The notes below the pieces were generated by a model. That model did not search any database and had not been told where the DNA came from. It saw only the letters and a program-made list of their open reading frames with translations. Both the position numbers and the translations under genes were made by a program. A DNA stretch of 53,811 nucleotides from Thalia democratica. Taxonomy: Eukaryota. Positions 24,991 through 38,430 of the stretch are shown here, piece by piece. The stretch is from positions 62,001-115,811 of the forward strand of contig CBDBBG010000062.1 in the NCBI GenBank assembly GCA_965202585.1, given 5' to 3'. Positions within the stretch are counted from its first letter, which is position 1. The number at the start of each line of letters is the position of its first letter.

Positions 24991-25074
24991 TAAGTTAAAA
25001 CACAAAATTAGATATGTTTTTAAACAGTTTTTGTTTATTAGCTTCACAAAACTAGTACTTGCACATAATTATTA

Positions 25075-25520
25075 AGGGAATAGGGGGTCAACTTTCATTT
25101 CAAGCAATATTCTTCAAATTTTTATAAAAGAGTCAATTTTTAAATTCTAAAACGAATGAATGCAGGAGTATTTATGTTTTGAAAAAAAAAACAAAATCTT
25201 TTTCTATAATTTAAATTACCATTTATTTTTATTTACTAAAAACATGCATGCGAGTTTTTTGTAATATTATTTAATTAGAAAAAAAATTCTGGGAAATTTG
25301 ATGTATAGAATTATGCAAATTGTTTAAAATATTCTTAAGAGAAGAAAAAAAAAGGTTGATCAAACTTTTAAGAAAATTGGATGTGATAAGGTTTATAGAA
25401 CAATTTCGTTTAAAGCTAAAAAGATCTGATTTAAATACAATAAATACCAGCAAAATTCACTAATTTTCCACTATAAACAAAAGAAAAAATATTCGTTTCC
25501 CTACGCCTCCCCCCTACAAA
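25075..25520. mobile_element. Possible decayed Kolobok-like element
   Basis: Starts ttaagggaataggggg and ends tttccctacgcctccccct; ends are poorly complementary. Confidence 0.3.
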
Positions 25521-25559
25521 CTAACAGTTTACTTATATATTTTTTAATTATGAATGTTG

Positions 25560-25845
25560 TTTTATAAGCGATGATTTTAGACAAACTTCTTTATTGTGTT
25601 TACTAAGTAATATATAAGTTTGAATTTTTTGAATTGAATTTTTAATTTAGTTCTTTTGTATATCATATTGTGTTTAACTTTGTTTTTTCATTTAAATTGT
25701 GTTTATATATATGTATATAATTTATCTTAAAGTTTTAAATATAAGTTTATTTTCTTTTTCTTTTTTTGTGTGTCCTGTTTAAGTGGCTCAGGTTTTGATG
25801 CCTGAGTCCAACATTGCACAATAAACAATATAATAATAATAATAC
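25560..25845 (+). mobile_element. Probable LINE 3' tail, plus-strand copy
   Basis: T-rich UTR-like stretch, ctcaggttttgatgcctgag stem-loop, aataaa and a (taa)n tail; homologous to 16495-16700. Confidence 0.55.
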
Positions 25846-25947
25846 TTAAAGTTGGTAACAAACCTGATATTTCATTAACTAGTTGAAATTTTTAGTTCAA
25901 TAAAACATTTCTTTTAAAATATATTAAGCTTAACAATATGGGCCTAA

Positions 25948-26223
25948 GTTATTTGACAAAACAGTGCTCTATTATTGAATTAATAAATTTTCTGATCATC
26001 TTTATCTATAAATTTAGTGGTTTTTGGCCAGGCAAATCAGTTATCTGACAAAACAGTACTCTATTATTGAATTAATAAATTTTCTGATCATCTTTATCTA
26101 TAAATTTAGTGGTTTTTGGCCAGGCAAATCAGTTATCTGACAAAACAGTACTCTATTATTGAATTAATAAATTTTCTGATCATCTATATCTAAAAATTTA
26201 GTGGTTTTGGCCAGGCAAATCAG
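25948..26223. repeat. Tandem repeat, 92 bp x 3
   Basis: gacaaaacagt starts at 25955, 26047 and 26139. Confidence 0.95.
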
Positions 26224-29200
26224 TTTTTTACAATATTTTATTTTTAAGAACCACTAAAAATGTATGAACAACATAACAATTTAGAAAATAGCTGTGACAA
26301 AAATTACTTTTAAGCTGTTGATCTGTTTCCCATTCTTTACGATATACGTTTTTATTTCTAATTAGTATTATGGACTTCAATCAAAAACCTTTATAACATC
26401 TTTATTTGGAACAGTTATGGTAACGTATGTAAATGAATGATTTGATCTCTGAATAGAAAGAAAGTCTTATTCCTCAATGTTACGACCAATATCAGCGATT
26501 AGTCACAAAGTTAGTATTAATTTATTGGAAATGTTAGTAAAATTATATATTAAATATTTAATAAGTTTAAGAAGTTGTGAGCATCTTAATTGTAATATAG
26601 TTAAATTACCTTTAAATAAGAACAGTTATAAAGTTTAAATTTATTAATATTAAAACTAGAATAAGGCTTTAATTAGTTCGTATGATAAAGTTTTAAAAAT
26701 TTTTAAGATGGTTAGTTGAAGTGAAAAGAGATTAAGTGGTGGTATACTATTTTAATGATAGTATATTAAACAAGCAAAATTTGTATTTAATTTTTTAATT
26801 ACGTTTAATGAACGTAATTAGCCTAGTCTATTCTAACAACTTAAATAGTTTAACTTTACATCATATTTATTCGAAAACTTATCTTTTTTTTAATAATTTG
26901 TATACTTTCAACAGGATTTCTGAACTTCACAATCAAAGAAATTTTCACTGGGTATTTTACAACTGAATTTTTAAAAGTTCTCTAATTTTAATAACTTTGT
27001 TTATTTGAACATTCCTTTGCCTTATAAGTGATCTGAATTGTAAATTTTTTAATAAATTTATGTTTGAACTTTTTGCTAACCAAATTTTATTAGAATTTTT
27101 TACGATAGTTAAGTTTATGTTTTGGTAGTTAAACTTATAGAAATAACTAAAGAAAAAATTTTATCAATCCTTCGTTATAATTTTTTTTTAAATGTTTTTT
27201 TTTTATTTCGACACCATCGCTGTTTATATGTAAACATTTAAAGTTCGATATTGCAAAACCACATTTTTATTTTACCACTAACCGGATTTTTAAGGTGTTA
27301 TAGAATAAAGAAATTCAATACTGAAATCTAGTTGTACATTATATCTGTATCTTTACCTGCATATTTTAAGTAGTTGTTTATAAAACATAGTATAACTTTT
27401 TTTGATAAAATACGGAAATGATTTTGAATGTGTTTTAGTTTGATAGCTATATATATAGTTCATGATATCTTATAGTTGAACATTGATGTTTGAATTTTAT
27501 ACATCCCTAGTCTGCTTTTAACTAGAAGCAATATCAATAAACAGCCATTATAGTAAGTATATTTGGTACCTTTCGTATCTATGCATTTTTTCTGTGGACA
27601 AAATTTGCGTAAATAAGCGAGAGATTACTGTGTTAAAGTATTTTATTTTTTCATAACTATAATGATATTATGATATAAACTAATGCTTGTATTACATTAT
27701 ACTTTTCAGAACTTACTAAATAAGAAATACTCAAGCAAATAGGATATACATATATAATATTTTTATTTACAGTTAAAACCTAATACATTTACTGAACATA
27801 AATTAAGTAACGTATTAAAGCAAACATACTAAAATAAAATCTAAACATTCTTAATTTTGTGACATAAACCATTGTAAGATATAAAAAATACATAAAATTA
27901 TGTAAGTAATCATGATTGTGAATGTTTATTTAATTATTAATCCTTAAATTATATAAAACTTTTTTCCTTTTTTATTATACTAATGTTTAGTTTAGAAAAC
28001 GACTACTGCGTTTTAAGGATTTTTGCTTCAAAAATTATTCAAAATGTTATTTTTTGAAGGTAAATAGAAATATTTTTGTTCAAAAAAAAACTACTTTAAG
28101 TTACAAAACGTGTTAAACTTAAAAAGTGATCAGTATGTATCGTCATTAAGTTGTACCGCAGGTCTATATTTAGACGTAAGTCTCGACTGAAATCCGCCAT
28201 CTGAAAGATCATATTGATTTCGCGTTATAAAGTCGAGTTTTTGAATTTGCAGAATTTTTACAACCCATACAACTGTATAGTTACTACAGCTTAATCAACG
28301 AAATTCGAATTAAAAAAACTGAATCAGTTATAAGTTGATATGCCTATTGCATAGCGCGTGTATATAATTTGTACTTTAATCATTTACTGTGTTGGACAAG
28401 ACGTGAAATTGTATTTAAGTAGTGTACGACACGATAACCAAAAGGTTTTTTCGGTATACTGCCAATTTTCAAACGCGCACAATACCCACTTTTTTTTTAT
28501 TGTTATATATTAATCCATTTTTTCTTTAACATTTTTGTTTTATTCTCATTTATTGTTTATTACTATCACTGTTACCCTTGATCCGGTGGAAAATAAGCGG
28601 CTTCCAGTTTTCGCCAGGTCCATGGACTAAATTTATTTTGACGGTTTTTTGTTGTTCAATAAACTATAGTTTACAAAATATTAAGCTAATAACTGATTAA
28701 AAATTTAAAAGCTTTTATTACAGTAGAAAATTTTAATCTTAAACACACTGTAAAAAAGGATAATCCGAAGTACAAAAGATATTCTTCATATTACCGAGTA
28801 GAAAATAAAATATCTAATTTCAAACAAAAACCTAAAACTAACAGATTAAAAATGAAAGTTAAGACCAGGATTTCCCAAACTCATTTACTTAATCGCCCCC
28901 TTTTTCAGAAATTTAAAAAAAAATATCGCCCCCAACGATTTTACAAAGAAGTTTTTCTCTTGAGTACAAACTTTTTAGCCAAAAAAGTTCGAAGTGTAAT
29001 TTAGTGTGGGCTGTGTTCAAAGTAGTTTACAGGGCTTGAGAAATTAATTTACAGTTATTCTCTTTAAAGCCAAGTATAGTGTATTATAATACTTAATTAT
29101 TAAAAAACCTCGTGTAACCTGTAATCAATCTTGTTTAAATATGAATTGTTTTGAAACTAATGAAACTTTTAGGTCAGTGGTGGATAACTTTTGTAGTCAG

Positions 29201-29998
29201 CAGTTCATATTTACTAAAAAATCTTTTTTAGTTTCAACTCATTAAAAATGTAATTGCGGGCTGCCTAATTTAAAAAAAATAACATATAAGAATATTAAAA
29301 AACTCGAACAAAATTGTTATAAAATGATTTAGTATTATTGTAATCTTGGAAAAACTATTGTGAACTGAAAATCAAATTGAAAGCGTATTTCAAAATATTA
29401 ATTATCAAAAAATTAAATTTATCTATTTTGCACAAGTAGTTTTCAAGTTACTTAGCAGTTCGAAATTTGACTGGATCTGAACCGTAGGTTACCCATCTGA
29501 ATACTTAACTGAAACCAGGCATTATAATAATCTCTCATATAACGAAACTCGGACATTTAGAAGTTAATACTAAGTTTTAAGCCGCAAACAATACTTAAAT
29601 TATTTTATAAAAAGGAATATTCTAAAATTACTATTCCAGAGATTAAAAAACTATAAAAGAATGAACAGTGAATTTTACACATAATAAAATAAATATTAAA
29701 ACATAATTTCTGATCTAGTTTGAGGAAGTTTGACCGACTGGTTGATTATCTCACTTGAAAAGTGGTTTCATCAACAGCTTCAGTTAATGCAGTAAAATTA
29801 TTAATTTTTATGCTAAGATATATTATAAGCAAGTTAGTTGTAAAGTTAAAAACTAACTTTTTAAACTAAACGTTTCGTATTAGAACACCATGAAATAGTA
29901 TTTGACTTAGAATAACATTTAGGAATCTAAACCTTAATTCTAACAATTTATTTTTCTTAATTTAAATTCAAAAAAAATCAAATGTTTTACTTAAAATA

Positions 29999-30356
29999 CA
30001 GTACACTACCGCTTAAGTACGCAAATTGAACCCGACCAAAAAAGTGCGTACTTAGCACGGGTAGGGCGTACTTTTTGACGATATAGTATGATATGAAATT
30101 TAGTTGTTTGTTTTCTTTCTTACAACTAGCCACCAAATAATTATGCCAAATAAACAAGTCATTTATTTTAAATAAGATTTAAAACATAATTCTAATTTGA
30201 AATTTTTTTTAATAGATTTTAAAATGATTTAGGCAAAAAAACTGGAATTTCTTGAAGTACTAGTATAACATCCTTTACTTTGTCTTTCTGGATAAGTGCG
30301 TACTTAAGGCGGGGTGCGTACCAAAAAAAAGTGCGTACTTAAGCGGTAGTATACTG
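29999..30356. mobile_element. Tc1/mariner (pogo/Tigger-like) MITE, complete
   Basis: 25-bp TIR cagtacactaccgcttaagtacgca with one mismatch to the right end; TA on both flanks; internal gtgcgtactta repeats. Confidence 0.92.
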
Positions 30357-30972
30357 TAATTCTGTGAACAGAAAGTAAACAAATAAAAAAAATATATTGT
30401 TTTGTAACTGTAGCAATCGTTTTGATGGCTTATTTAATTCTACTTAAAAAAATTTTTCTAGCTGTTAGCCTATAATAATTTAATAAAGGAAAATAGTGAA
30501 AAATTAAAGCTGGTGTTGAACTATTAAAATAAACAACACATTCTAGTTTCTAATATATTTTGAATTAACATAAAACAAAAAAACAGTTGAATTAATAGTT
30601 TAAAATTCCTTAAGATATATATTTTTGAACAATAATTTAATCAAGTTAGAAAATAAAATTGAGTTTAAGAACATTTTCCATGAAAAACTTGAAGTCATTT
30701 CAAATAGAGACCTCAAATCTATACTCTTTTAAAACCAAAAAATTCTTTTTTGAAATAAAAACTTAAATGGTTATCAAGTTTTTTTTTAATTTATACAGAT
30801 TAAACAAGTAATAACAGAAATCTGTCAAATAAATGTCTTTCAAACAAATGTTTTAATTACTATGCTATAAAAAACTTTAAGTGTAATATAAAACGACAAA
30901 TATAAACTACAAACTTAACCAGTTCAAAATAAAACTACTAACAACTTTAAAACATAAACCATTTAATAAATA

Positions 30973-31288
30973 CAGTAGACTTCCGCTTGATTTCGAACTT
31001 TGAACAAAATTAAAAAGTACAAATTTAAGAATTAATACCATTTTCTTTTACAAAATGACAAACTTCAATATATTATATGCAATAATGTTATGAATAAGCA
31101 TGAAATCCACTAAAACATAAAACAAACATTCATTAAAAAAATAGATTTATATAAGCTATCTAAAAATATATTTTACTTTTTTTATTAATACTTATTTAGT
31201 AATAGACTTTATTTAAGTTAAATTTAAGAAAATATAAATATGCACATTTTTTTGGGTAAAAAGTGCGAACTCAAAGTGGAGTCTACCG
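30973..31288. mobile_element. Tigger-like MITE
   Basis: Left end cagtagacttccgcttgatttcgaactt versus right-end reverse complement cggtagactccactttgagttcgcactt; TA flanks. Confidence 0.8.
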
Positions 31289-31879
31289 TAATTAATTTTT
31301 ATTAGGCATTATGCAAACTTGTTGTAGAATAAATAACTTAGTAACAGTTGTTATGAAAAGATTACTCAAATATGATACAAACCAGGTTAAGTAAAAAATT
31401 ATTTTAAAAGATCAGATAAAATAGAAAAAACTTTCATAAAACAGTGTCTGCTACTGAAGTCTAATATAATGTGAAGGATGAGGTTAATAAATGCTAGCAT
31501 GTTTTTCTAATCTGACTCTCAATTAGTAAACTAAAGTCTCAAGTCACCTCCTTTACAAATATCTAGACTAGATCTTTTGCTGAAGATGTTGATAACTGAA
31601 CTGAAAGCTTTCTCAATAACAAAGCTAGACGGAAAAGCTATAAACAATAATCTAAATTCCTCTCAAATAGTTTGATACTTTTGCCTTAGTTTTGTTAAGT
31701 CCAAAAGCTTTTATATCATTCTTTGGAAAAATTTACTTTAAGTTAAAAGTCTGTTTATAAGTCTAAGAAGGTTTTCTGTAAGTCGTTTACTTCAAAAAGA
31801 TCTGCCTCGAAGGGATCTATGTTTTTATCTAAATAATAGTATTTTAGTGTCAAGTCGAAATTTTACTACTTAGTATGTT

Positions 31880-31964
31880 AAAATTCTTAAAAATTCCAGA
31901 TTTTTTGTCGCCTAAATTTTCAAATTCCAGGTTTTTTATGTTTCTAGGTAAATTGGCAACCCTG
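31880..31964. mobile_element. Right end of a CAGGGTTGCCA-terminus element
   Basis: aaattccag repeats ending ttggcaaccctg. Confidence 0.55.
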
Positions 31965-33262
31965 TTTAGTTTTATTTCTTAGTCTAACTTAGTGACTTAT
32001 CAAAACAAATTGGATATATCATGATGTGATAAATAATAATAGATAACATAGACTTTTACAAACCATTTATGATCCCAAATAACATATATGTCAGGTTTAA
32101 AATGGTGAGAGGGATTTCGATCGTTTATGATCTATGTAATTGTTATATAAGAAAATATATGAAAGAAAATATGAAATTTACTTAAAAGTAGGAGTCATAA
32201 GCACTTCATTTTTTCTATATTTTACATAAACAAAATAAACTTTTTTGTTTAAGTTTTACTTAAGAGTCAAATATTTAAATAGCAAGCTAAAATTAGTAAA
32301 ATATCAATATATAAAATAAAAATTTTATGACAGCCAAAAATTTTAAAATCGCCCCCTTTTCGCCCCCTTACAAATTATCGCCCCTCGACTTACTAAAATC
32401 GCCCCCAGGGGGGCGATATCGCCCACTTTGGGAAACCTTGTTTAGACAGTGTAATAAGTAGTAACTATGTAACTGGTAGTTTTACATGCAAAATGCCTAA
32501 ACTATTTCTAGTACCTTTTTAATCTGAAAGTTTTTTGGTCAACTCTAGATCGTTTTTTTTTATGAATAAACTGTTTACTACTGATACATTATTAATTTAA
32601 ATAGAGCAAAAGCACAAGTTAAATCTTATTAAGCTCATTCATTGGTCAAACTAGGGAAGTTCCCGATTTGAGATGCGTTTACCAAGGCACGCTTGAATGT
32701 TACCTTATATTACTTCAATTTATATCTATACTTCTTAAAAGCCAGAAACAATCCGGGTTGCAAATTTTCTATGCATAAAGTTTTAGTAAATCTAGCGGTC
32801 GTTGTTGCTGTACGAGGCTGCTTAAGGGTAAGTAAGATAAAAGATAGAAGAGTTTAAAAAACATCTTAGATTACTAACTAAGTGGGAATGACATTTACTG
32901 TCTACCTAAAAAGTGAAAAATAAAAAGATTGAGTGAATTCTACAAAAGCTAGGCTAAAATTACAAGTGATAACAATACGGATGAACAAGACTATAACTAA
33001 TAATCATTATAAGAAATTAAGACAACAAACAATGAACCAAACTCAGCACGCATAATAACTTACGATACTTTAGTTGCAAATAAAAAAAAAACTTTTATAA
33101 AAGCATTGAAACGAGTTTGACTCTTTGTAATAAAACAGTTTTGATATAATATACATACCTAGAAAAACTTAAAAGCGTTTTTCTTACTGCTTTAGCTTAT
33201 TTTCGTATCTTTTAAATCTATTTAGCGTTTATAACTAATATGCTTTCTTACATGATTCCGAC

Positions 33263-33757
33263 ATGAATACAGATGAAGAATCTGAAGATGAAGATCAATT
33301 CGCGAAGTATTATGACGTGTACACAAAGCATGAAGAAAGTATTGCGGAAGAAGGTAAAGTCTCAATGGAAGACATATATGATAGATTCGAAAATCCCAAA
33401 GTTGCTGCTGAAGACAAAGATGATGATGAAAAGATGGAAGTAGATGAGATCGCGAAAAGACCGGCTGGATTCATGGAGCGATTGTTTTTGAAAAAAGCGT
33501 GGTAAAGTATTGAGAGAGTCTCGTACTGTCTGATGCAATCCTGCATATACGCCTACAATATCACTGATGAAACTCAAAAGATAAACTTTAAAATAATTAC
33601 CGATTACTTGCAGTTCTCTGTTGAAAATCTCAGTGAGTTTTTGGAAAACGACGTCCACAAGTTGTCTGATGAAAAGAAAAGAAGGGAGATGAATGGAGCT
33701 GTTGACTTTTGTGAAAACCGTCGCAAAGCCATCATTGAGTATATCAAAGAGAATTAA
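33263..33757 (+). pseudogene. ARIH1-like: Intronless stand-alone Ariadne domain (ARIH-type RBR ligase C-terminal domain), one in-frame TAA at 33503-33505
   Basis: ORFs 33263-33505 and 33533-33757 are in the same frame. FAKYYDVYTKHEESI...ERLFLKKAW*SIERVSYCLMQSCIYAY...LQFSVENLSEFLENDV...FCENRRKAIIEYIKE aligns by eye with ARIH1 YLFYCNRYMNHMQSL...[27 protein letters not shown]...LENATEVLSGYLERDI...YCESRRRVLLQHVHE. Confidence 0.72.
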
Positions 33758-35690
33758 TATTGCAATTTATAGAAAATTTACTGCAATCGTTTAGTGCTTT
33801 CCAGAACCAATGATTTTAGTGCTGAATAAACTAGTGTATTTTAATTTGCTCAGTGTTATATGTTAATTAAATTTTTAAACTAAAAAAAGAAAATACTTTA
33901 CACTAAAGTTATATGATTAATAAAAGTAAAACTTAATTTATTCATAGTTTCGAATTCCAAATAACTGTGATTATATTAATTAGATAAAAATTTATATAAC
34001 CAAATATTGTTATTATTAAACACTGCCCTTCCGAAAAGTAACAACCCTTTTCTTCGAAAAAGTCAAAATCGCGCTGAATAGTAAAAAAGATGAAATACCT
34101 AAAATTGTAAGGGAATATATTTCTATATTTTTAAAACTATAATTAATAAAGCTTAAAGTTTATAAAATTTTAATCAAACTTACTAAAAATAAAGGAAATA
34201 AATTATAATAATTTCTATAGCTATCTAAAATTGTTTTACACTAGAATATAATGCTTTTAAAATATTTCATGGTAAAATAAAATAAAAAAAGTTGTTTTAG
34301 TGTTTAAACAGACCTTAGTTATCTAACATTTTCTTTATATGAAAACATGATTAACTTATTTAAATACAAAATTTACAATCTTGAAACATGGTATACAACG
34401 GCTAAAACTGGACAGAGTTTATAAATAAAGAACTATATTTTTTTATAAAACTTAATTACTGTAGAGGGCCAAAAAAAACCCATCTCCAACTTTTGCAACA
34501 ATACTGAAAAAAGTTTTACAGTAAAAGTAGCAGTAAACTTTAATAATACTTTTTTTACAAACCAATTAATAAGAAACCATTTTTCTGAGAGAAAAGTGGC
34601 TTTTTTCTATAGGTTGATTTTCTTGTTTAAAAGTAACTCAATTTTGATTTTAAAAAAAACGGAATTTTTTATCGAGTGAGAAACTAATATTCATTTGTCT
34701 AGTTTTCCGAGTACTTTGAAAATCTTAATTGCATAAAGTGTGTTACATCATAATCAATCTAATTTTTGTCATTATACACATAGTTTTACATTTCTTTATT
34801 TTTGAACAAAGAATATTAAGGATATGTCAATTGTCAACTAAACTAAAACTTTTACAACTTGAATTGAATGTAAATACCATAACCTGGTGATAAATTAAAT
34901 TTAAGTCAAATTATAATAAAAATTATAGATATAAAATCACGCAGACTTATTCTTTAACTAAGTACTAAAACGAATACAAACAAAATACGTAATTAAAGCA
35001 AATAATCCAGTGTTTATTAGATTTTTCAAATTTTGACATAACCTAGCAGTAAAAAATACTATAGTTTTTCAATTTCGAGTTTTAATAAAACAAAGAGTAA
35101 AGATTTTAAATCATCTATGGATTTTTAAACCGCTCTGCTTTTAAAAGTAAGTTTAAATATAAATTCGAGATATTTTACACTGGAAATGAAAGGTTTATTA
35201 AAACTTTACGAAAGTAAAAGCTAAAAAAAATATTTAGAATAAAAATAAGAAGTTAATTTAAATAAATGTTTGAAAAACTCTTGTTATAAGCTGAATGTAC
35301 GAAAGCTTCTTTAATAATTATTTCTTTAGAATTTTATATATGAGGTTTTTCTTAAAATAGATAAAGTTCTGTATAATTATAATTTTTAATTGTAACTAAT
35401 AAATAACATTGTTAAGTATAACTGCTTGTAAGCTTGTTTTGTTTTTTATAACGTCCATTCATTTTCCATTTAAATATAATTGCATTAAAACTAATTGCTT
35501 TACACTTATGAACGATTATTTGTGATATACTAAGTTTAGTTTCGTTTATTTTTAGGTATAATACAAAACTAACGTTAAAGTACTTAAAACTTTGAAAATA
35601 TAAAACGACTACAGTTGAAATAGAGTTGCGAATTGCTTAAAATTTATTCATTTTCATTCAGTAAACTCTCATTGAAAATAAGCATAAAGT

Positions 35691-35920
35691 CAAAGGTTTT
35701 ACAAAGTGGGCGAGATCGTCCTCCTGGGAACGATTTTAGTAAGTTGGGGGGGGGGGGGGGGCAGGAACTAGTTAAGGGGCAAAAGGGGGAGAAAATTTAA
35801 ATTTTTTGGCGGTTAAAAAAAAAGTCTTTGGTGTTTTAAGTGGTAGTCTTGTTGGAGGGGTCAATAGCCTATTTTATTTCATCAAAGGAGGCAATTAAAA
35901 AAAAAGTTTGGGAAACACTG
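35691..35920. mobile_element. hAT MITE of the same family as the 28866-32440 ends
   Basis: caaagtgggcga.atcg..c.cctggg..cgattttagtaagt is the reverse complement of about 32385-32432; right end gtttgggaaacactg; candidate TSD ataaagtc / atctagtc. Confidence 0.75.
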
Positions 35921-37369
35921 ATCTAGTCGAACTTTGAGTTTTAATGCATATAAGAAAAAACACCAAATTCTAAACTTTTCAAAAGTTGATTGGAAATGCA
36001 CTTTTTTAAAATCAAATAGTTACACTTTAACAGTTTACCTTTTCTCAGTTCACAAACTGTTTTACATTTCTCTAAAATTGACACAAAAGTTTTACATATT
36101 TATAGAAGCTTGCAGCTAAAACTTATTAATATGTAAAACACATTCCAGTTATTTAAATTTCCAAATATTATTTGTATACAAAAAAGTACCTTTGCCAACA
36201 GAACAAATTTGCATAATATTAAATAAAATTAAGTACCACAGTAACTAATTATTCATATACATATTGAAGATGGACAATATTAAGTTAATAGTTGTTTGAA
36301 TGATTTAAATTTAAAATAACTAGATCTAATTTAATAGCACTAAATTAATTGCTCATTCTTGTTTTCAACTCACTTAAGCTTATTTAAGTAATTAAGGATA
36401 GTTTATGTTTTTCAAAAATCATAGGCATTGTTTATGATACACTTTATTTTTGTGCTAAGACCAAGAGTTCTGAATGAATACCATAAAGCAATATTTCTGC
36501 TAATAATTATAAAAACTCTTTTGAAGTCGTATTTAATTTTTTGTTGATCCAAAAAGTACTCATGAGTCATGACATCACAATAAGTTGATTTGGCTATGAA
36601 TCTTGAATTTGTCAAAACTGTTAAACTACAGCTAAAAACAATTCTCTAAATATAGCTGTTTTTATTTAAGTATTTTATATTTTAAAAATTATTTAATAAG
36701 ATTTACGAGTTCTTAATGCTTTTGTAATTTTTAAACTTATTTGAAGCTAGATTTTGTCACTAATGCTCCATTTTCGCTTAAAAGAGCCTGTAATAATTAA
36801 AACTGTATTTATACTGCAAAAAGAAAATACTAGTTTTTTTTTCTTAATATATTCAACCAAATTTTATTAAATACAAAAACCCTTCTCATACAATTATGTC
36901 CTGCACTTCTATACTTGAAAATCTGTTAATTTGTTGATAACTCTCAAGACTGATTAAATGACCAATTAACAGATAATTTTGTACTTTAATAATTAGTCAG
37001 ACTGGAAAATTCTGTTGTGGATCTTTGGAGCATCTCTATTGATTTGGATCTAATCTTCTGGTTGGTGGCTTAAAACTATTTTCATACTAAAATAAAATAA
37101 AATCTATTTCTTTATGATTTTATACTATAAACTTGAATAATTGATAATTTTAACATATAATGTAGTCTAAAACTATTTTCAAATAAAAAAACATTTTTCT
37201 TAAAATTATAATAAAAACTTAAATGTTTGATAATTTCAACATATAATGTTGTTTGAAATTGTTTTCATACTAAAAAGTTTTGACAAAAATTAAAAATATT
37301 TCTTTTTGAAGATAAGCTAAGAGTTTTATTAATTAATAATGTTTATCATACAAGCAGCTACAGTATTAT

Positions 37370-37712
37370 CAGGTTTGCCACAAAATTTGGAATCCTGGAA
37401 AAACCTGAGAATTTGAAAAAAAAGGAAAGACCTAGAATTTAAAACAAAATTTACATGTTAGATAAGTATTAAAAAGTAATTTTGACACCAAATATCTTTC
37501 AAAATGATAAAAATGCTTTGTCATCATCAAATTTTTTTTTGTTCATGGACATAGTTGAAATAGCTTTTACAGTAACTTTTTAATGTTGTTATAACACTTA
37601 ACACAGTTTTTAACTTAAAACTATAAATAGACCAAAAAGCGTGTACTTTCAAAAACCTGGAAGAAAATCAGAAAACCTGCAAGAAATTTTTCAAAAACCA
37701 ATCACAACCTTA
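37370..37712. mobile_element. CAGGGTTGCCA-terminus non-autonomous element
   Basis: Starts caggtttgccac...cctggaaaaacctg; internal sequence resembles 39440-39830 and about 23060-23230. Confidence 0.6.
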
Positions 37713-38430
37713 TATTATAATAAAACTTAGTTTCAGTTACAATTTAGTTTAATTTTTTTAGAGTTTGTATTTAATGTATACTGATAATTTGTTGAGGGCA
37801 AAGGAAGGGGTGAATCGGTTATAAAAAAACTATTCCTCCTACAATTTTTAAGCAATAAATTTTCAAATTTTCAAGTTTCATCTATTAAACAAATAATTAG
37901 ATGGATTTTAAAATATCTGATAGTAATAGCTACTAGATATTAAAAATCCATATTATTTTAATGCCATTAATTTAATTGAAATAAAAAGCTTACTATTTAA
38001 AAAAACTTCTGAAAATTTGAGGACTTCAACTTTATTAACTAAGAAAAAAATATTATCCCTCTATTTTTCTTTTTTCATCAGGAATCTATTGAATATTTAA
38101 ATTTTAATCCTCTTAATCTCTCAAGTTACTCAAAAATTAAATAAAAAAAGGAGATTTCTAAATAAATGAAAACAAAGTAGTATACTTCTGAACATAAACA
38201 TATTTTTAGTTGAAAATTTAAAAATTGCTTGAGATGAACTTTTTAAAAGATTAAACTGATTTTTTAATTGCTTCAAAATTGGATTAGGGGTAGGTTTTTA
38301 ATATCGCTATTTATTTCATTTGTAGTCAACAAAAAAGCTCTGAAACTCTTAAAACTTGATCATTTATATTGAAAAAATAAAATTAATTTAAGTGGCAGTC
38401 ATTTTACTAAGATAAATAATAGAGAATTAA

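Larger units (their letters stand above)
28866..32440. mobile_element. hAT element expanded by nested insertions
   Basis: Ends caggatttcccaaac / actttgggaaaccttg; aatcgccccc subterminal motifs at both ends; candidate TSD gttaagac / gtttagac (7/8). Confidence 0.6.

Noticed and set aside
33310-33658. Minus-strand ORFs 33310-33546 and 33362-33658
   Set aside because: Antisense shadows of the Ariadne-like frame; no motif.
35746-35761. G-quadruplex / regulatory poly-G
   Set aside because: Lies inside a hAT MITE where the sibling has a short g-run; probably slippage or homopolymer error.
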